A DNA stretch of 55,306 nucleotides, taken from the NCBI GenBank assembly GCA_008632985.1, contig QPGO01000213.1:62001-117306 (forward strand), in the 5' to 3' direction. Position 1 is the stretch's first letter, and every line of letters begins with the position of its first letter. Below, piece after piece: positions 49,222-55,306 of this stretch. The notes beneath the pieces were generated by a model. The model was not told where the DNA came from. It saw nothing but the letters and a program-made list of their open reading frames with translations, and searched no databases. This stretch comes from Psammoneis japonica (lineage: Eukaryota). Both the position numbers and the translations under genes were made by a program.

Positions 49222-50355
49222 ATGAAAGCTAGCAAGCTCTCTGTGGCCACGCGGTGCAGCAAGTGGCTCCTACTACTAGGGATTATCGAAATCATTGATT
49301 GCCATTCCATTGTTTTCTATTGCCATTCTTTCTCCTACGCGGTAGCTCCACTTGGGAGGAGACGGCCGTTCTTCTCACGGCCAAAACCTGTTAAATCGTC
49401 TGGGTTGATGATGGCTGCGGGCACGGGAATGGGAGGAGCAAGTACCAGAAATCGTAAATCAAAGAAAAAAGGGAAAAAGAAGAAAGCATCAGCTTCTGCC
49501 CCCTTTGATGCGAATGCGTCACTCCTTCGCCTTGAGAAGCGCTATGATGAATTATGTTTGGCAGATGCAAAGGATGTACAGTTAGATGCACAGGACGACT
49601 TTCAACGACAGGGGATTGAGCCTCGTGTGCTGTCAGAGTACGTAATTGGGGTCAGAGCTGCTCCCAAGTCCAATGCTGACGTGAGATCTGTTTCGGATTG
49701 GATACCGGTCGCGCAGTTATGCATTTCCCAGTCCATGACACACAAGGAGACTACAGACCAGAAAGATGGAACTACAGCAGGTGTTTCTTTTTATTGTCGC
49801 GAGCTTTCGCATGCTGCAACTCTTGGAGTACCCGTATTCAAAACGTTGGCTCGTGAACAAATAGAATACAGTGCAGAACCAGTAAACTCGTTCTACAAGT
49901 ACGTCTATGATCCCATTGTCGGAGGAACTAATGATGACGACAGAAACGATCAAGTCATGACGAAAACTGAAGCACGATCCATGTTAGAACTAGAGGAAAA
50001 TGTCAGCGATCTCTCACTTGTCAAGCAATCGTACAAAAAGCTGTCATTTGAACTTCACCCGGATAGACTCTTGGGTCAGAATCTCGGTGATCAAGAACTT
50101 AAGGATGCGTCAAAACGATATGCGCAAGTCAAGCTTGCTTATGAAACGTTAATATCTGGTGGCGTTCGAAGAAATGGAGATTCGTCTTGGTATCAGTCGT
50201 TGGGAGGGAGAGCCCGGACCGAATTTTTTGGTCCGATTCCTCTCATGACAAGAGAATTGGCGCAAAGTTGGATTAAACAAAACAACGTTGATTTTGCGGT
50301 TGTAGGGCTTGATCCAGAGATCACAACACCGTTTTTGCTGGCGAAATCAAGCTAG
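49222..50355 (+). CDS. DnaJ (J-domain) protein with an N-terminal signal/plastid-type leader
   Basis: 377-aa intact ORF; EARSMLEL...VKQSYKKLSFELHPDRL...YAQVKLAYETL with the HPD motif. Confidence 0.9.
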   Translation: MKASKLSVATRCSKWLLLLGIIEIIDCHSIVFYCHSFSYAVAPLGRRRPFFSRPKPVKSSGLMMAAGTGMGGASTRNRKSKKKGKKKKASASAPFDANASLLRLEKRYDELCLADAKDVQLDAQDDFQRQGIEPRVLSEYVIGVRAAPKSNADVRSVSDWIPVAQLCISQSMTHKETTDQKDGTTAGVSFYCRELSHAATLGVPVFKTLAREQIEYSAEPVNSFYKYVYDPIVGGTNDDDRNDQVMTKTEARSMLELEENVSDLSLVKQSYKKLSFELHPDRLLGQNLGDQELKDASKRYAQVKLAYETLISGGVRRNGDSSWYQSLGGRARTEFFGPIPLMTRELAQSWIKQNNVDFAVVGLDPEITTPFLLAKSS

Positions 50356-50446
50356 TTTATAATGAGTGCCAGTTGAGCAGAATGCCGTTTGAGTTATTGA
50401 CGTGTCTGAAGGGTTATTGTGGAGTAGTTTGAATGAGAATAATAAT

Positions 50447-50614
50447 NNNNNNNNNNNNNNNNNNNNNNNNNNNNNNNNNNNNNNNNNNNNNNNNNNNNNN
50501 NNNNNNNNNNNNNNNNNNNNNNNNNNNNNNNNNNNNNNNNNNNNNNNNNNNNNNNNNNNNNNNNNNNNNNNNNNNNNNNNNNNNNNNNNNNNNNNNNNNN
50601 NNNNNNNNNNNNNN
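50447..50614. other. Assembly gap (N run)
   Basis: Run of n bases. Confidence 1.
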
Positions 50615-50653
50615 ATCTTTCTCCTCTCAAGCGAGCAAGTAGAGGTATGGTAG

Positions 50654-50819
50654 GGCCTAGAGGGCCCTAGCGACTAGCAGGCTCTACTCTCTAGCTAGAG
50701 AGGGCCCTAAAGTAAAGTAGAGAGCGAGTAGAAAGCGAGGCCTAGGGCCCTAGCGACTAGCAGGCTCTACTCTCGTAGAGAGAGGGCCCTAAAAAGTAGA
50801 GGGCGAGTAGAAAGCGAGC
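50654..50819 (+). repeat. About 83-bp CTAG/TAG-rich tandem repeat (2 copies visible) next to the gap
   Basis: ggcctag(ag)ggccctagcgactagcaggctctactctc...gagagggccctaaa...gtagag.gcgagtagaaagcgag occurs twice. Confidence 0.85.
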
Positions 50820-51004
50820 GAAGATAAGCAGGATCAAACAATAATGAAAACCCGGAGGTGTTGCCGAACTGGAAGAGTCACAGTCACAGTCATGGGGCTT
50901 ATGTGTGACAGTTGAAATTTCAGGCCGTGCGATGTTCGTTCAAGGTGGTTTCACCACACACCCGCACACAAAATCCGGCGAGAAGGCTCCGAATGCTGTA
51001 CACC

Positions 51005-51328
51005 ATGGTTTCTCGTGCTTTGTTCATCTTCATTTCCCTCTTGCTTCTCGTGGCTTGCGAGAGCGCTCATCCAACTCCTGAAGAGCATTGTTCTGTATGC
51101 CTAAAGAAATGTTTACGAGGCGGCGACCAGTATGCATGCGACGTGTGCAACCGCATCAAAGATTGCCCAACGCCTTGCAACCACTGTAGCGGCATGGGCT
51201 GCTTCGGACCGAGAGGTGATTCCATCGAGGCCTGTCATGAGTTCAAGTGCCACAGTATTCTTTGCCCGCACCCGATCGCAACCATTGACTCAAATCTCCG
51301 TCCAGTGAAACCGAAACCCGAAAAGTGA
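51005..51328 (+). CDS. Small secreted cysteine-rich protein (107 aa, 12 Cys in the mature part)
   Basis: Signal peptide MVSRALFIFISLLLLVACESA, then CSVCLKKC...CDVCNRIKDC and CNHCSGMGC-x10-CHEFKCHSILC. Confidence 0.75.
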   Translation: MVSRALFIFISLLLLVACESAHPTPEEHCSVCLKKCLRGGDQYACDVCNRIKDCPTPCNHCSGMGCFGPRGDSIEACHEFKCHSILCPHPIATIDSNLRPVKPKPEK

Positions 51329-51639
51329 GAATCGTGTCGAGTGTCGAAAGGCTCGCTGTCGAAGAGTGGTACAAGAAAATGAGAAGGATTGCATATGACT
51401 CGGTTACTTCGATGATGTTCGAGATGTATGGGAAAATGGTGAAGGATGCAGATAGTGTGATAGTCCCTACCGTATACATAAAACATTGTTACACATGAGA
51501 GCGAATTGAGCAGCCGTTTTAGAAATGAAGACACCTAAGAATAGGCCGTTGCTTGTTCAACTTGAGACTTAGAATGGAATCATCTTCATTGCTTGTTCAC
51601 AGAGGTGAAAGTGTCACTTTTGGTGCGTGCTGTGCTCAG

Positions 51640-52370
51640 AACGGAATCGAGAGCCAAGGCGTTACGGTCATCAGTCTTTACCACAAGGTAAACCTGGATG
51701 AGATATGAGACAGAGTGGCCTATCGGTTGTGGGACAGGAATTTCCTATGTTATTAACATGGGGCAACTTTACGTTTCGTGCCTGGTGTCTATTCTCAGAA
51801 TAACAGGCAATAGAATCGTCAAGCCCTCGCTACCTCTTCCCCCGCATCGCTCTCGGAACCAGTGCATCGAAGCATCGACCGCTGCAATCAATGGATCGTC
51901 CTTTTGGGCCCGCTCTCTTGACTACACTCTTGAGGAACAGTGTGCCCAGGCCTTCAGCACATTTTGGGTTTTGGTGCCTTTGCCATTACTGCAAGTACTC
52001 GTCTCACTTACAACGGTTCCATCCACCCCTGTATATATTCATGCGCAACATGTCTCTGTGGCTTTCCGCCAATGTTGTCGTTGCGCTCCAGCTCTTCACG
52101 ACCTACACACCCGGTTTGAACGATACCATCTTTGGTGTGTCCGGTATGAACGGAACCAGTGATGTATCACCATTTCGATGATGGTTTCCGTCTTTTTGAA
52201 CAGGGTTTCCGAAGAAGGCGCTTCGCCGTCGCCTCAAGGCCCAGGGTTCAGATGCGGACGATCGCGAGGACTGGCTCTTTGTTGCGCATGTTGATCCTGC
52301 CCCGCACGGCACCAAGCTTCCAAGGGAGCTTCCAAGCTCAACTTGGATGGCTGAGTTGGACAGATAGAGT
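51640..52370 (+). pseudogene. C-terminal fragment of a P-type (P2) cation ATPase
   Basis: FWARSLDYTLEEQCAQAFST; NMSLWLSANVVVALQLFTTYTPGLNDTIFGVSGM; KALRRRLKAQGSDADDRE. These resemble Cation_ATPase_C helices and are spread over three frames. Confidence 0.65.
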
Positions 52371-52716
52371 CCATTCAACGCTTCTGCCAGCTGGGGATGA
52401 AGCATCGGATGTGTTCCCAAGTGCATGCGCATGTGTGTTATAGAGGGCTTGTCGTCCAGGAATTGGGAGAAAAGAGTTGGTCGGCAGCAACGTGTTCGTT
52501 GTTTTTGAGATTGCTCTTCCTTTTTAGTCTTTCGAATCTTGTTTGGAACGTTTTGACGGAGAGTGACAGCAAACAGAACAATAGAAGGGAGAGAGTTCCA
52601 CTCTGCTCTACGGCATGCCAAGGAATGGAATGTAAGTGCTAGTAGAGATACACAAGAAGCGAGAGAGAAGCAAATAAAAACTGAAGTACCACAACTTATA
52701 ACAAAACATTAACGTT

Positions 52717-55149
52717 CTATAAATCCGGCTCGTAGGTTGCAATTTCATAAAGCTTCGCACAGAAGTTGATAATCAAAACCAATACGATCGTGCTTCCCAA
52801 CAACATTGGTCCCCGAGGGTCGTCCCAACGCCCAGGAATACGAGTCTTGATGCGATCTGCTCGCCACAGAAACACGTGCACTGCATAAAGGCAAAAGCCC
52901 AAGGACACCGGCAACAAGACGAGAGCGTACCAATGCGCCCAGCTCTCGCCCGTGTCGTCGGAAAAGGCAAGAATACCGGACGAAATTGTGTATAGCGTGA
53001 CACCGGCGTGCAGCCAGTGCAAGTAGGTACGCTCGTTCGCGAAGAAGACCTTGGGCTCAATCTTTTGCACAGACGTAGGAGCCAAAACAGTTTCGTAGTA
53101 AGCGTTCGAGGACGAACAGAAAGGGAAGAGCCAGCCGCAAATAGTTTCATCTCCGCAACACTCTTCGGTTTGTCCCCTGAGAATTTCTTGCTCGTCCAAG
53201 TCCGCGTCACTGTAAAAGTTCACTCCATAATTACCAACTACAGGCTGCTTCTTGTCCTTGCCTGCGATCACAGCTTCTTCCATATTGGACGTCCTTCCGG
53301 TGGCAGTCGCGGTTCTGTCTTGCTTGATATCGCCAAACGGCAGCAAGTGGTCATATATCCTATTGGCCCCAGGTCCAACGCCAACCTCTGCATCATCGGG
53401 CATGAGGATGCGTTCACCCTTGGATGCAAAGATGGAGTCTCGGAGACTGGCGTCATCAACCCAGTACGGAACACTCTGTACGTCCTCGGGAAGAAGTACG
53501 GCGCAGCCATGGATAAACTTGGAGAACTTGTGCACCTCATACAAGAGACCAGAGTTCTGCAAGTCAGTAACCCACTTGGGCGGGGTGGAGTCTTCGCCCT
53601 TGAGTTCAAGCTTGATTTCCAACACCGCGTGTGGGAAGCGGGTGATCTCGTTGTCCTCCAGAATAGCGCTCTTGTCACGATGCCACACGGTTTTGTCCTT
53701 GAGGTCATATCCGCGCTCGGAAATCATACATAGATTCGTATCAAGACTGACACGAACCGTCGCGTCAAAGGGAATCTGAAAAGCAGTACGCATGTATTGG
53801 GTACGCATGGTCGGGACTAATTGCTTCGATACCATCACTTGCACCACCTCGCGGGCCAACTGCTCCCACTCGTCAGCTTCCTGTTGCGTCTTGCCCTCCT
53901 CGAGCATCTTCTTTTTCTTTTCCGAAATTGGATACGTGCCATTCATGACTTGTTCGACTTCTTCTTCCTTGATCTGTGTTTGGTGATGAACGTAGGCAAA
54001 CGTGCGTCAGAACCAGCCAGCCATGGTATGCGCAACCTTCATCTCTGCCGTACTTACAATGAAGCGTTCCTTCACACTTACTTCTCCTGTCCACGAATCA
54101 CGATGAGTCTTTCGTTCGACAAACACAATCTGTGGATCGGCAGCTCCATACCAGCGGAGACGCGTTGCAATGGCACCGGGCAACTTATCCAATCGCCCAT
54201 GGTACAACTCGAGTTGGTCATTATCGAGATAGACACTGTTTGTGAGTTGACTGTCGCTCTCTCCCGTGGAAGTCTTTTGCAAAAAGACAGGCAAGTTCCT
54301 AAGAACTGCATACTTGACCCTACTCACGTCCTCCGTCTTGACCCAGTACTTGGTCGTGGATCGCAAGAAGGATTGACTGGCGTCAGCGTTCTCCTGAGCT
54401 GCTTGGTCGTTACGAAGAGTAGAGTAGATGCTCGACATGCGCACCACAACGTCGGAATAGTCTCCGCGCACCCACGCTTGTGCGTGCAGACGAGATACAT
54501 AAAAGGACCGACAGGGATTGGTGGGAACGTACTTGTCGTGCTTTTTGAGAATCTTGTGAAGGCCCATAAAATTGATATTCACGTACTTTTCTAGAGTCAA
54601 AAAAGCCTCGGCCACTTCATCCACCTGAGTACGAATCAAATCCATAGATCGTTCACTGCCACTGAGGTTCCTTTCGAGATTGGCCTCGATTTCTTCAATC
54701 TTCTGACGGAGTTCCGTGACCTTAGCAAGAGTGAAGGACTCGATCTTACCGATTTCTCCCTCGAGAGCTTTGAGAAAAGCCTCATTGGTTGCTGTTTGGT
54801 TGAACTGAGGCAAGCCCTGAGCGTTCGTGGGAGGTGGTGTCGTGAGAGAAACTTGTCGCTTCGTCAAATCGGCGCTAAAAGATATTCAAAAAAGTGAAAA
54901 GTGTAAGATACAATTTTCAGGATTTGCAGTTTCACGCAGATTCGCGAAGATTCCCGCTGTAGAAAACGTACTGAGAAAGTACACAGATCTGACGTGATGC
55001 GCGTTTGTTGGACAACAATGGCCTCCTTACCTGGCGAGCGCATTTTGGCTGAGTTCACGAATGATTCCATCAAGACGTGCGTAATCCAAATAAGGCTCGG
55101 GGCCGTACTCTTCTGCAATGTTATCTCGCAGGTGCTGCTTAAACTTCAT
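52717..55149 (-). CDS. VTC4: Vacuolar transporter chaperone / polyphosphate polymerase (SPX + VTC catalytic + DUF202 TM domains); exons 55149-55031, 54874-54058, 53973-52717
   Basis: MKF...YLDY and KILKKHDK (SPX); TTKYWV, NSVYLDN, RLRWYG, FVERKTH, VKERF, RTAFQ, VRVSLDTNL, FPHAVLEIKL, KFSKFIHG (VTC); KIEPKVFFANERTYLHWL plus 3 TM helices. Both GT-AG introns are in frame. Confidence 0.93.
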
Positions 55150-55306
55150 GGTGGTGTTCGAGCTGTAGCCCCCCGTGCTTTGCGGCTTGCGACGAGAAAT
55201 AAAAATGAGAACGGTATGTTGTTGGTTACGTGGATATATTACTGGATCCAACGTACGTGACTCCTACAGAGAGCCACCGTACCATGCTGTCAGTCTGGCT
55301 GTCTGG

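Noticed and set aside
50394..50653. ORFs spanning the X/N run
   Set aside because: They are produced by the assembly gap.
53008..54594. Long plus-strand ORFs (241, 175 and 257 aa)
   Set aside because: They are antisense shadows of the VTC4 coding sequence with no motifs of their own.
16620..55149. Phosphate-metabolism gene cluster (PhoX-like plus VTC4)
   Set aside because: The genes are 34 kb apart with unrelated genes in between, and there is no evidence of co-regulation in the sequence.

Overview
This window looks like eukaryotic nuclear DNA, most likely a diatom. The inference rests on short GT-AG introns, bipartite plastid-type leaders, and Copia/Penelope remnants of the kind found in diatoms. 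Three kinds of sequence alternate. (1) Intact or nearly intact genes: a calreticulin-P-like/ArsP permease fusion, a plastid ferredoxin-domain protein, a secreted PhoX/DUF839 protein, F-box genes, an EF-hand protein, two secreted Cys-rich proteins, a DnaJ protein and VTC4. (2) Decayed housekeeping pseudogenes of normal composition: TLDc, SET, ABC, MYST Tudor-knot, kinesin and P-type ATPase. (3) Five blocks (about 24 kb in total) of transposon/repeat-derived DNA almost devoid of TpA, depleted of CpG and rich in TpG/CpA. Conserved retroelement motifs and pairs of repeat copies show the direction of change: TA->TG/CA (Tyr->Cys/His) alongside CG->TG/CA. This points to a repeat-targeted A:T->G:C hypermutation process that runs opposite to fungal RIP, and it is the main candidate for an undescribed system. 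All counts and alignments were done by eye, and no database searches were run.
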